Source: Leptolyngbyaceae cyanobacterium (GTDB lineage: Bacteria > Cyanobacteriota > Cyanobacteriia > Phormidesmidales > Phormidesmidaceae). From it: 64,000 nt of DNA. This document shows positions 13,572 to 24,285 of this stretch, piece by piece. A program made the translations under genes and the position numbers. Each line of letters opens with the position of its first letter. Positions within the stretch are counted from its first letter, which is position 1. The stretch covers positions 96,001 to 160,000 of the forward strand of contig CBDHHL010000048.1 of the NCBI GenBank assembly GCA_965263355.1, read 5' to 3'. The notes beneath the pieces are model-generated. The model saw only the letters and a program-made list of their open reading frames with translations. It searched no databases and was not told where the DNA came from.

Positions 13572-14164
13572 TGTTGCTTCAAAACGCCCTTAAAGAATGG
13601 GCTGTAGCTGTGGATGCCCTGGGGCAAGGTCAGACTATTTTATTGCTACGTAAAGGTGGCATTCGTGAGGTCGGCAATCGTTTTCAGGTCCCCCATCAAC
13701 GGGTATGGCTATACCCAACCTACGAACATCAAAAACCTAACTTGCTCAAACTTCAATGGGCTAAACAAGTCACCCCTGTCGCAGCTGGATGGCATCCAAC
13801 CCAGGTAACCATTCAAATGTGGGCTGACATTGCACATATATGGAGTGTGTACAATCAGCAGCCTATTGAATCGTTGCTACCTTTTCATATATGGAATCAG
13901 CAGTTTGTTACGGAACGCTTTCGATGGAAACCTAGTCAACCACTTCATCTACTATTGCTGCGAGTGCATCGACTCGTTACACCCGTGCAGATTGATTGGC
14001 AATCTGATTATGGTGGCTGTCGGTCCTGGCTAACCTTAAAAACTCCGTTAGAGACTAAGGCCTCTATGCCTGTGTTGGATGAACAAACCTGGTCAACAGC
14101 AGTACAAAGAATACATCGTCAAATCAGAGCAATTGAATCATCTGCACCATTGGCAAGTCCATGA
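13571..14164 (+). CDS. DUF1802 family protein
   Basis: ALKEWAVAVDAL..GQTILLLRKGGIRE, LYPTYEHQ, YGGCRSW; TGATG overlap with the glsF stop. Confidence 0.9.
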   Translation: MLLQNALKEWAVAVDALGQGQTILLLRKGGIREVGNRFQVPHQRVWLYPTYEHQKPNLLKLQWAKQVTPVAAGWHPTQVTIQMWADIAHIWSVYNQQPIESLLPFHIWNQQFVTERFRWKPSQPLHLLLLRVHRLVTPVQIDWQSDYGGCRSWLTLKTPLETKASMPVLDEQTWSTAVQRIHRQIRAIESSAPLASP

Positions 14165-14340
14165 AATATTTCGACTCTTTTCGTTGCAAATAGTATCGAT
14201 TCAGTTATATTTGCCTACGTTTTGCAACCCTAATTTATATCGCAAGCAGTAACTATAAAGGAAAACCGACGATCCCCGCAAAGTCATCAAAATCAGCCAT
14301 ACAAAGTATAAGCTGCTCGCTTATTGAGGCAGTAATTTGA

Positions 14341-15432
<1,092 letters not shown>

Positions 15433-15488
15433 TATTGAGTCAGTCAAGCTCACACAATATTATTGACAGTTCCACGAACTATAAGCAT

Positions 15489-15516
15489 AAAAGCGACCCA
15501 AATTTGGGTCGCTTTT
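15489..15516. terminator. Bidirectional intrinsic terminator between gap1 and psb32
   Basis: aaaagcgacccaaa-tttgggtcgctttt with A/T tails, between convergent genes. Confidence 0.8.
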
Positions 15517-15611
15517 TCTAATTTGGATTACTTTTTCTAAAGACCCAACCCTATTCACCACTCACCACAAAAGTTGAAGGCCCATGCCCTTGTGTACCGC
15601 AACTTATCCCT

Positions 15612-16322
15612 TTAACCACCTATCGATTGATACCAGTAATAAGTTGCCATTGGGATAACTGTAGCCAAAATTAGCAGGATAACGACTATCCATATGGAAC
15701 TGGTCCGGTTTTCCTCGGTTTCTTCTGCAGTGGCAAACGTACCTTCCACATTGATGGTCTCTTCAATGATCGGTGGACCTGGATCAGGGTCTCCAGCTAG
15801 CACCGCCGCCAACCGCACAGTCGCATCGTCAAACGCCTGGTTATAACTATTATTTTTCAGCAGCGGCGCTTTCATTGTTTCCTGAGTAATGCTCTCAGCG
15901 ATGTCTTCAAGCAGTAGCGTAGCTGTTTCTTCACCGGCCTTGAGACCAATGCTATTGGTAACGTCATCTAAAACGATTACTGTCTGATTACTGCCTGATT
16001 CAGGAGTGGAGAACCAACGTGCAAATAGCTGTTCCGCAAAACTTTGAGCCGTTTCGCCATAATCCAGACGATGAATAGTAACGTAGCGAACTTCTTGCCC
16101 GGTAGCAGCTGCCAATTTTTGCAGATCTTTATTCAGATTGCTTTCATTGAGCCGAGTAATTTGATTGGCGTCGTCTAAAACCCAGTTGTCAGCATTAGGG
16201 CTTAGAGGCATGTCATATACCCCAGTCGCATTGGCTGGAGCAGCAATGGTGAGGCTAATGGCTAATGCGATCGCAACCACAACAATCCAGCGGCAGCGAT
16301 GAAATATCGAACTCAAGCGCAT
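15612..16322 (-). CDS. psb32: Photosystem II repair protein Psb32 (TPM domain)
   Basis: Signal peptide, ATGVYDMP, VTIHRLDYGET, DPGPP, C-terminal TM ending ATVIPMATYYWY. Confidence 0.88.
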   Translation of the reverse strand: MRLSSIFHRCRWIVVVAIALAISLTIAAPANATGVYDMPLSPNADNWVLDDANQITRLNESNLNKDLQKLAAATGQEVRYVTIHRLDYGETAQSFAEQLFARWFSTPESGSNQTVIVLDDVTNSIGLKAGEETATLLLEDIAESITQETMKAPLLKNNSYNQAFDDATVRLAAVLAGDPDPGPPIIEETINVEGTFATAEETEENRTSSIWIVVILLILATVIPMATYYWYQSIGG

Positions 16323-16465
16323 GATGTTTCAAGAAGCAGCAATCGAGTAGCTAAACCACATCTGAATAGCTACCCTAATCACTACTATAGAGGACCACAT
16401 GGACCTGAGGATAGCGGACATCAAGGTACGCAAGCACAAAAAATAGATGCTTAGCAATAGATAGC

Positions 16466-16669
16466 TTAAAACGAAACAGTCACAATACAACCGTCCGCGA
16501 TAGCACTGTCTAATATTTGTAGCTGTCGTTTTTCCACAGTAGTCAAACTATTTTTTTTGCGATACTGTTCAACCGCCTGGGCGACACCGGGGGTGAGTTC
16601 ACCATTCATAAGTGCTGTACGCACTAACACTTCTAAATCTTTGCCAACCAGTTGAGAGGTGTTGAACAT
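16466..16669 (-). CDS. Small hypothetical protein (67 aa)
   Basis: ATG-started ORF filling the gap; helical composition like small cyanobacterial hypotheticals. Confidence 0.6.
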   Translation of the reverse strand: MFNTSQLVGKDLEVLVRTALMNGELTPGVAQAVEQYRKKNSLTTVEKRQLQILDSAIADGCIVTVSF

Positions 16670-16841
16670 AGTAAAAAAGTTGGATAAATGAGTGACTGTT
16701 TATACATTCGCGATCATTTATTCAACTTCCGGATCAAAGGCGTCTTAGCACCAAGAATTTTCTCGCTGAAAGAGCATTTAACAATTGTCTCCCCCCCTCT
16801 TAACGGTTGTCCTCACCAGTAGGCGATAGCCTCAAACGTCT

Positions 16842-17501
16842 TTAGTCTTTTGTGAAATGCTGATGGGCTGCTAAGGCAATAGCGGCTGGATAAATCCGGT
16901 GTTCCTGGACTTGAATACGTGCCTGTAGGCTCTCTTCAGTATCTCCAGTTAACACAGGAACCACCGCCTGCATAACAATCGGTCCACTATCCACCACCAA
17001 CTCCACATGATGGACGGTACAGCCCGCCAGTTTAACTCCAGCATCTAAGGCTTGTCGGACCGCATGCAGACCAGGAAAGCTCGGCAATAGACTGGGATGA
17101 ATATTCAGTAAACGCCCACTAAATGCATCAATTAGCTGCTGGGTAACGCGCCGCATCCACCCAGCCATAATCACCCAGTCAACATCATGGTTTGTCAGGG
17201 TATCGACAATCGCCTGATCCAGCGCCTCCCGTGACGGAAACTCACGATGATTTAAGAGGACGTTGGGAATAGACCATCTGGCTGCTCGTTCAAACACTTT
17301 AGCGCCAGGATTATTGCCAATAACAACATTGACCTGGGCCTTGAGTTCTAAACGCTCAATCGCAGTCATAATGGCCTCAAAATTACTGCCATTACCCGAT
17401 GCTAAAACACCTAATTTCAGGACAGGATAAGTTAACGTCTGACAGTCGATATCCGGTGATAGCAAGTGATCAGGACACCCCTTGGCAGGAAAAGAACCCA
17501 T
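16842..17501 (-). CDS. purN: Phosphoribosylglycinamide formyltransferase
   Basis: LGVLASGNGSNF, LLNIHPSLLPSFPG, GCTVH, VDSGPI. Confidence 0.97.
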   Translation of the reverse strand: MGSFPAKGCPDHLLSPDIDCQTLTYPVLKLGVLASGNGSNFEAIMTAIERLELKAQVNVVIGNNPGAKVFERAARWSIPNVLLNHREFPSREALDQAIVDTLTNHDVDWVIMAGWMRRVTQQLIDAFSGRLLNIHPSLLPSFPGLHAVRQALDAGVKLAGCTVHHVELVVDSGPIVMQAVVPVLTGDTEESLQARIQVQEHRIYPAAIALAAHQHFTKD

Positions 17502-17584
17502 AGTCTACAACAAGCAACAAACTCTAGAATTTTACAGGCCATAGGCAGCGTTCATTTGATTAACTGTGACCTCAGTATAATCAC

Positions 17585-17642
17585 GGATTTTCCAAAATAA
17601 AGTTGATGTAACGATACATCGTTAAACGTTTTTGGAAAATCC
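17585..17642. promoter_or_regulatory. Nested inverted repeat in the divergent purN / kinase promoter region
   Basis: ggattttccaaaa...ttttggaaaatcc outer 13-bp arms enclosing gatgta-acga-tacatc. Confidence 0.45.
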
Positions 17643-17663
17643 AGGGCATAGTTAAGAAAACCC

Positions 17664-19370
17664 ATGACCATGTCTTGCCCTCGTCAAATGAATCTATCTG
17701 TCGCTTCAAATATTGATGCCCACGATTCGATTCACTACATGGCTAATTTGCTAAATGCGATCGCAGCCCCAGTTTATGCAAAGAGCCAAGATCATCAGTG
17801 GCTGTTTGCTAACCTTGCTTGCTGTAAGCTTCTGGATACCCCACTAGAGCAATTGATCGGGAGGATTGACCATGATGTAGTGGCCGTAATTGATGCGGAT
17901 TTATTGAGAACGCAAGATACCCGTTTTTTCACCCATGGGACCAGTTCTGATCAGCCCATTAGGATCAATACCTGTGCTGATCAACGTTACTTTTTAGGGG
18001 AGCGCGCTCTACTGCAAACAGCCGAAGGGCCGATTTTGGTTAATACTCTCAAAGACGTGAGTGAGCTGATTCAGAGTCGTCATACTAACAGTACTTTGAA
18101 AAAACAGTTAGAAAAGCGTAACTGTGATCTGGAACGGCTAAGTGAGTTTGAAGCCACCTTAAAACGAATTACCGACCGAGTACGCGACAGTCTTGACGAA
18201 AAACAAATTTTACAAACAGCCGTCCAAGAAATTACTGAAGCTCTCAATGTCAGGGGTTCGAACACCTCTCTTTATGACCTTGAGCAAGGCACTTCTACGA
18301 TTTATTACGAATACACCACACTGCCCTCTGACCGTGGCCGTGTATCTCAACTGGAGGCATTTGCCGAAGTCTATTCTCAATTGTTAGAGGGCCATTACCT
18401 GCAGTTTTGCTCTATTGATCCCAATCCAGTGCGCGGATTAGTGTCGATGTTGGCTTGTCCAATTTTGGATGACCGAGGCGTTCTTGGTGATCTATGGCTG
18501 ATTAACAACAAAGAACATGGCTTTAGCGAATATGAAATTCGTCTAGTACAGCAGGTAGCAAACCAGTGTGCCATTGCCATTCGTCAAGCACGTCTCTATC
18601 AAGAATCCCAGTCCCAGGTACGAGAACTTGAGCAAGTCAATCACCTCAAGGACGACTTTTTGAGTACGGTTTCCCACGAACTACGCACACCCGTCACCAG
18701 CATGCGAGTGGCGCTACAGTTGCTTGGGGTTAGCCTCACCCAAGAACTTGATCTAGAAGCAGAACTGGCCAAACCGGATGCTGAACAAGGCCGCATTGCC
18801 CGCTACTATCGCATCCTTAAAGAAGAATGTGAACGCGAAATTAGCTTGATTAACGACCTGCTAGATCTACAGCGTTTGGATGTAGGCAACCACGAGTTGG
18901 CATTACAAAACATTCAAATTAACGAATGGCTCCCAGCTCTAGTTAATAGTTTTCAAGAACGGGCCACTAGCCGTAATCAAAAGCTGAACGTGGTCATTGC
19001 AGAAAATACTCCTATCTTGAAATCAGATTTGTCGAGTCTGGATCGCATCTGGGCAGAACTGCTCAATAACGCTTGTAAATATACTCCCCCAGGCGAAGAA
19101 ATCACCCTTTCTGTAGTGCCAATAAACAGCGATCACTTGCAATTCGCCCTCATAAATACAGGGGTGGAAATCCCTCAAAATGAACTACCACGTATTTTTG
19201 ATAAGTTTTACCGGGTGCCCAGCGCTGACCCATGGAAACAAGGAGGTACCGGCTTGGGGCTAGCTCTGGTTCAGAAGCTTGTGCAACATATCAACGGTGA
19301 GATTAAAGTCACCAGTGGAAATCATCAGACGTGTTTTACGATTGAGTTACCGCTATCGTTTACACCGTGA
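17664..19370 (+). CDS. PAS-GAF sensor histidine kinase
   Basis: PAS-like N-terminus, GAF (QVANQCAIAIRQARLY), H-box FLSTVSHELRTP, NNACKYT, GGTGLGL. Confidence 0.93.
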   Translation: MTMSCPRQMNLSVASNIDAHDSIHYMANLLNAIAAPVYAKSQDHQWLFANLACCKLLDTPLEQLIGRIDHDVVAVIDADLLRTQDTRFFTHGTSSDQPIRINTCADQRYFLGERALLQTAEGPILVNTLKDVSELIQSRHTNSTLKKQLEKRNCDLERLSEFEATLKRITDRVRDSLDEKQILQTAVQEITEALNVRGSNTSLYDLEQGTSTIYYEYTTLPSDRGRVSQLEAFAEVYSQLLEGHYLQFCSIDPNPVRGLVSMLACPILDDRGVLGDLWLINNKEHGFSEYEIRLVQQVANQCAIAIRQARLYQESQSQVRELEQVNHLKDDFLSTVSHELRTPVTSMRVALQLLGVSLTQELDLEAELAKPDAEQGRIARYYRILKEECEREISLINDLLDLQRLDVGNHELALQNIQINEWLPALVNSFQERATSRNQKLNVVIAENTPILKSDLSSLDRIWAELLNNACKYTPPGEEITLSVVPINSDHLQFALINTGVEIPQNELPRIFDKFYRVPSADPWKQGGTGLGLALVQKLVQHINGEIKVTSGNHQTCFTIELPLSFTP

Positions 19371-19419
19371 AAGCGATAGCAAAACCATGGATTAAATCGG
19401 TCCATATCAGGAGGTAATT

Positions 19420-20082
19420 GTGGTAGCAGTCCCATCAGAAACCAGCCTAGAAACCTACGAAGGGCAGTTTGGGCCCTTTGTGATTACTCCAGATGATCGA
19501 CGGGAGGTCGTCATTTATCGTGGGGGTCTCACCTTAGCCTCTCTCAGTTTTGCCCTGGGTGTGGTGATGTTAACCCTGGGCAATGGCAGCCCTGGACTGA
19601 TGTGGGCAATATCTGCGTGTTATCTGGCCATGTGGCTGGGTCTGGGGGTAAGCCTTTGGTTTATTCATATTTATCTACGTCCCCTACATCAAGCATTGCA
19701 AGGATTTTGGTTAGTAGGCGGCTTAGCTAGTTTAGGCATTGCGATCGCCATACCAAAACCCTTGGCCTTAACCGTATATGAACAGCCCTTTTCTATCTTG
19801 GGCATCGGTTTTACCTTCGCTGCCTTAACCGGCATCTTCTTTAAAGAGGCCTTTTGTTTTAATCGACTAGAGACAAAACTCCTGGTCCCCATAGTACCGA
19901 CTTTGCTTTTAACCCATATGGTAGGCGCTGTACCTGGTTCCATAGCTCGGGGACTACTGATCGTGTGGGCAATTTTGTTTATTGTTTTTGCGCTCCGTAA
20001 GGTGCTACAACCCATTCCCGATGACATTGGCGATAAAAGCGTTTTTGACTATCTCAAGCAACAGCGACAGGCAAACGCGTAG
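19420..20082 (+). CDS. DUF2301 family integral membrane protein
   Basis: YEGQFGPF, IHIYLRPLH, FKEAFCFNRLE, DIGDKSVF. Confidence 0.88.
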   Translation: MVAVPSETSLETYEGQFGPFVITPDDRREVVIYRGGLTLASLSFALGVVMLTLGNGSPGLMWAISACYLAMWLGLGVSLWFIHIYLRPLHQALQGFWLVGGLASLGIAIAIPKPLALTVYEQPFSILGIGFTFAALTGIFFKEAFCFNRLETKLLVPIVPTLLLTHMVGAVPGSIARGLLIVWAILFIVFALRKVLQPIPDDIGDKSVFDYLKQQRQANA

Positions 20083-20090
20083 GGACATTT

Positions 20091-20120
20091 TTTAGGGGCG
20101 TTGCATGTAACGCCCCTAAA
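20091..20120. repeat. REP-like palindrome, GCATG-centred family
   Basis: tttaggggcgttgcatgtaacgcccctaaa. Confidence 0.65.
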
Positions 20121-20172
20121 ATCGGTTTATTCATGGGCATCCTAGAATCGTTAACACAACGGAACCCCTAGG

Positions 20173-21360
20173 TTGGAACGAGCATATTGGCTGGCTTGGT
20201 CAAAGATCAAAGACGTGGGGCCAGTTTTAATCAAACGACTACATGAGCGGTTTGGGTCATTAGCATTAGCTTGGCAAGCAGACCCAGCTGACCTGCTCAG
20301 TGTAGATGGAATTGGCCTAGTGACAGCGGATCAGATTCGTGAGCTGCGATCGCAACTCATCCCTGAACAGCTTCTCAAAAATCATGAGACACAGTACCCC
20401 CACTTTTGGACCCCCGCCGACCCAGACTACCCCAGGCTGCTATGGCAAATTCCAGATCCACCTCCTGTCCTCTACTATCGAGGCCCCTTACGCCCTAACG
20501 ATTCGCTAACTGTCACTGCAAGCATTGTCGGCACCCGCCATCCCAGCCCCTATGGACGTCGCTGGACTCAGCGGTTAAGCCGTCGCCTGAGTCAACGCCA
20601 GATCACCATTGTTTCTGGCATGGCCAATGGCATTGACACCTATGCTCACCAAAGCTGCCTAGATCACCAGGGTCAAACCATAGCCGTACTGGGAAACGGT
20701 GTAGATATCATTTATCCCCGCAACAACGAGCAGCTTTACCAAGAAATTCTAGAAACAGGGCTAGTTTTAAGTGAATATCCCGATGGTACCCCACCAGATC
20801 GTGGCCATTTTCCCCGCCGTAACCGCATCATTGCTGGCCTCAGCCACGCCACCCTGGTCACCGAAGCGCCGGAACGATCAGGAGCTTTAATCACAGCCTA
20901 TTTAGCCAATGACTATGGTCGCCATGTTTACGCCTTACCAGATGGACTAGACAATCCCACCTGCCGTGGGTGTTTAGTCCTGATTAATACTGGAGCAGGC
21001 ATCATTATGGGCGAAGATCAGTTAGTCAAAGAGTTGCTTAATATTGGTATAACCAATCAGAAAACCCACAAAGATAGCAATCACGCAAACAGGACCAGCG
21101 AGGCAGCTAGAAAATCAACGACCATGACCGATAATACCTCTGCGGTCGTTTCAGATAATCAGCCTGAGAGAATCTTAGAAGCTGAGTTGGATGTAGGCTT
21201 ACAACATATCTTGCAAAACATTCCCGACACACCCATCAGCCTAGACAACCTAGTAAAAACCACCCAGCTAGACACCAGTGCCCTACTAGGTGGTTTATTA
21301 CAATTGGAACTTGTAGGTCTGATTACTCAGTTACCAGGTGGCCAGTATCAGCGCAAATAA
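20173..21360 (+). CDS. dprA: DNA-processing protein DprA
   Basis: IVGTR, IVSGMANGIDT, FPRRNRIIAGLS, SGALITA, C-terminal wHTH. Confidence 0.97.
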   Translation: MERAYWLAWSKIKDVGPVLIKRLHERFGSLALAWQADPADLLSVDGIGLVTADQIRELRSQLIPEQLLKNHETQYPHFWTPADPDYPRLLWQIPDPPPVLYYRGPLRPNDSLTVTASIVGTRHPSPYGRRWTQRLSRRLSQRQITIVSGMANGIDTYAHQSCLDHQGQTIAVLGNGVDIIYPRNNEQLYQEILETGLVLSEYPDGTPPDRGHFPRRNRIIAGLSHATLVTEAPERSGALITAYLANDYGRHVYALPDGLDNPTCRGCLVLINTGAGIIMGEDQLVKELLNIGITNQKTHKDSNHANRTSEAARKSTTMTDNTSAVVSDNQPERILEAELDVGLQHILQNIPDTPISLDNLVKTTQLDTSALLGGLLQLELVGLITQLPGGQYQRK

Positions 21361-21413
21361 AGGTAAGGTACCAACTTGTATGAGACTTTAATTTTTGAGA
21401 CTACAAGCTAAGC

Positions 21414-22034
21414 TCAACTACCTGGATAAGTCTCCATCCCCGTATAAGTCATTTCATAACCGGTATAGGCTATTTCATGGGCCTCCTGCGGATTGTCCAT
21501 ACAATCAAAATTATCCACAAAAAATTCCAAAACTAGGTCCCCTAGCTCAATCATGTCGCCATCTCTAAGTGCTTGTCGCTTTTGAGGTACAAGGCGACGA
21601 CGATTTAAGCGAGTTCCTGATTGACTGCCAACATCGGCAATAAAAAAGCCAGCTTCAGGAGTATGGCGAATTACTGCATGGCAGGGATCAACAGTAGCAT
21701 TACCCATGGGTAGGGCACAGGTAATGGCTTTTCCTAAGAGCCAACATGCACCTGCATGGGTAAGACGTAATGTTTCAGAATGACCTGTATTAGAAACTAA
21801 AAATACAGCAGAATTTGCAATGATAGCTTGAACATAAAAGGGAGTAATTTGACAGCGATCTTTAACTGTCAATATAGAATCGGCAATTACATTAGCCTTA
21901 TCAAAATCGTTTCTAACGTTATTAAACAAAGCCTCCCAAGGAAGTGATAAAACATCATCGCTGATACCATTACCAGTTGAGTTTTTCACTGCTGGGTTGC
22001 TGGGACTAAAAGCTCTAAGCGTGGACATGGACAA
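21414..22034 (-). CDS. FHA domain protein
   Basis: WLLGK...HAVI...DVGSQSGTRLN...LRDGDMIELG; FHA with degenerate phospho-Thr-binding residues. Confidence 0.8.
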   Translation of the reverse strand: MSMSTLRAFSPSNPAVKNSTGNGISDDVLSLPWEALFNNVRNDFDKANVIADSILTVKDRCQITPFYVQAIIANSAVFLVSNTGHSETLRLTHAGACWLLGKAITCALPMGNATVDPCHAVIRHTPEAGFFIADVGSQSGTRLNRRRLVPQKRQALRDGDMIELGDLVLEFFVDNFDCMDNPQEAHEIAYTGYEMTYTGMETYPGS

Positions 22035-22646
22035 TGACTAAACAACTTAACAGCAATAGGCTATAAGGTGTGGTCGATTGTCACCCTAATTCAGTAGATT
22101 CACCTGCAGGCTACTCATCAATTTGAGCATCGCTTGCAGAGGTAGAAAAGTAGAATTAAAATGAACAGCTAGTAAAAAATTGCTGTTCACCCATAGTTCT
22201 AACCCCGTTGTCAAAAACAGAAAAAATCCCTTAAAGATTTAGCTTACAACGGAGAAATACACAAAAAGTCCTTGATAAATTAGGACTTTTCTATAAGCGT
22301 TCAGCAATCTTTTATAGGACGTGAACCTATCAAAAGATAGTGCGTTTATTTATGTCTTTTTCATTAAAGCTTGTCCACTCAAAATCAGTGATTCAGCGGA
22401 TAGGCTTTTATCGAAGCTTTAAAAGGTATGAGCAAATATTAAAATCCCCCAAGATTGGTAGTTGATGTCCTGAATCCGTAATGCAGAATTCATATAGCTT
22501 TCAGGAACTTAGTAGGGAACAATATAAGACTTATTACATCTCATTAGCGCTACTATGACGCAGTCAATCAAGGCTGTATCTATAAAGGAATCGTTAAGTC
22601 TCCACAAATGTCATAATTCACCACTGATTGTTGGAGGACCAAGGCT

Positions 22647-24050
22647 TTGACAAACGCCATTATTCGTGCACAACCCCCTTTAGACTTTATTCCTGAACAA
22701 TTTCATCCCTGGGTGAGACGTCTGGTAAAAGTAGCATTACCTGGCTGGATTCGCTGGCAAACTGATCTAGTGGCTATCAAAGTCAAAAATCCAGACATTT
22801 TGGCTCGACTATATGGAGATTTTCAAACCGGGAAGAACCGGTTTGTCATTGCATTTCGTCATCCGGCTCCCGAAGATGCTTACGGTATAGCCCACTTACT
22901 TTGGCAAGCAGTTCCCCAATCCGCTCAGCAGTTAGGCATAACGCTACAGCCAGTCCATAGTCACTTTATTTATGATCGCGGTATTCCCCTATGGGCAGGT
23001 AGCTGGGTCAGTTGGCTCTGTTCTCGTTTGGGCGGTGTCTCAATTCAACGCGGCAAACTGGATTTAGTTGCTCTAAAAGCAGCAAGACAGCTTCTAAGTA
23101 ATGGTCAGTTTCCTCTAGCAGCTGCTCCAGAAGGTGGCAATAATGGCCATAACGAAATTGTCAGTCCCTTAGAACCCGGTGTGCCCCAACTCGCATTCTG
23201 GTGTGTCGAGGATTTAGCTAAAGCTAATCGGTCTGAACCTGTCTACATTGTGCCGTTAGGAATTCAGTATCGATATATAGACCCACCTTGGGAGGCTATT
23301 GGACAACTACTGAGCAAACTAGAAACTCGCAGTGGGGTCACGACGCACTCTATGGAAACGTTTGTGCCACCTGTGGAGTTACCCACAGCTGAAATTACGA
23401 CGCTTTATGGCCGTCTCTACAGACTAGCTGAACATCTATTGACCCTGATGGAAGGGTACTATCAGCAAATTTATGGTTTGGAGCAACCGGATATCGATAA
23501 CGTTACGGAGGTTAACGGGCAGTTAGCTTTACGCTTACAACATTTACTCAACGGCGCATTAGCCGTAGCCGAAAAGTACTTTAATCTCAATCCCAAGGGC
23601 TCTGTCATTGATCGCTGTCGGCGCTTGGAACAGGCTGGCTGGGAGCGCATCTTTCGAGAGGATTTGCGAGATGAAACCGCTTTATCTACTGTTGAACGGG
23701 GTTTAGCGGATCGCATTGCAGAGGAAGCCGATCTGCGGATGTGGCATATGCGTTTAGTGGAAAGCTTTGTGGCGGTGACTGGTCGCTATGTGTTGGAAAA
23801 GCCTACGGCGGATCGCTTTGCAGAAACTGTTTTATTGCTGGCAGATATGGTGACTCGCATTGAGGGGGAAACGCCGTTTCCAAGACCTTCGTTGGGGAAA
23901 CGGGAGGTGTTACTGACAGTAGGGGAGCCGATTTGTGTTAGCGATCGCAGATCTGACTACAAACAAAGCCGACGAAAGGCAGTCGCCACCCTGACCAAAG
24001 ATTTGCAAAACGCACTAGACGCCTTGATTGTAGACAGTACCGAGTTTTGA
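22647..24050 (+). CDS. Glycerol-3-phosphate / lysophospholipid acyltransferase family protein
   Basis: AFRHP, DRGIPLWAG, APEGGNNGH, IVPLGIQY. Confidence 0.85.
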   Translation: MTNAIIRAQPPLDFIPEQFHPWVRRLVKVALPGWIRWQTDLVAIKVKNPDILARLYGDFQTGKNRFVIAFRHPAPEDAYGIAHLLWQAVPQSAQQLGITLQPVHSHFIYDRGIPLWAGSWVSWLCSRLGGVSIQRGKLDLVALKAARQLLSNGQFPLAAAPEGGNNGHNEIVSPLEPGVPQLAFWCVEDLAKANRSEPVYIVPLGIQYRYIDPPWEAIGQLLSKLETRSGVTTHSMETFVPPVELPTAEITTLYGRLYRLAEHLLTLMEGYYQQIYGLEQPDIDNVTEVNGQLALRLQHLLNGALAVAEKYFNLNPKGSVIDRCRRLEQAGWERIFREDLRDETALSTVERGLADRIAEEADLRMWHMRLVESFVAVTGRYVLEKPTADRFAETVLLLADMVTRIEGETPFPRPSLGKREVLLTVGEPICVSDRRSDYKQSRRKAVATLTKDLQNALDALIVDSTEF

Positions 24051-24056
24051 CATAAG

Positions 24057-24227
24057 CTATCGGTTTGATTTACGAATACTGATGTAATACCAGCAACCGA
24101 TGGCTACTAAACCACCGAGAATAGTACCGGGTAGTCGAGCCATGGCTGTTCCTAATGCCACTCCGCCAGAAATCATCACCATTAGTTGGTCAGCGTTTGC
24201 CCAGAATTTTTGTGATTTTTGGTCCAT
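24057..24227 (-). CDS. Small two-helix membrane protein (56 aa), below the ORF-track cutoff
   Basis: Manual translation: MDQKSQKFWANADQLMVMISGGVALGTAMARLPGTILGGLVAIGCWYYISIRKSNR*. Confidence 0.6.
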   Translation of the reverse strand: MDQKSQKFWANADQLMVMISGGVALGTAMARLPGTILGGLVAIGCWYYISIRKSNR

Positions 24228-24285
24228 GGAAACCAGATTTGAATAAAGTTTCGACCACAGCCAAGGGCCAGTAACCGATGATGTC

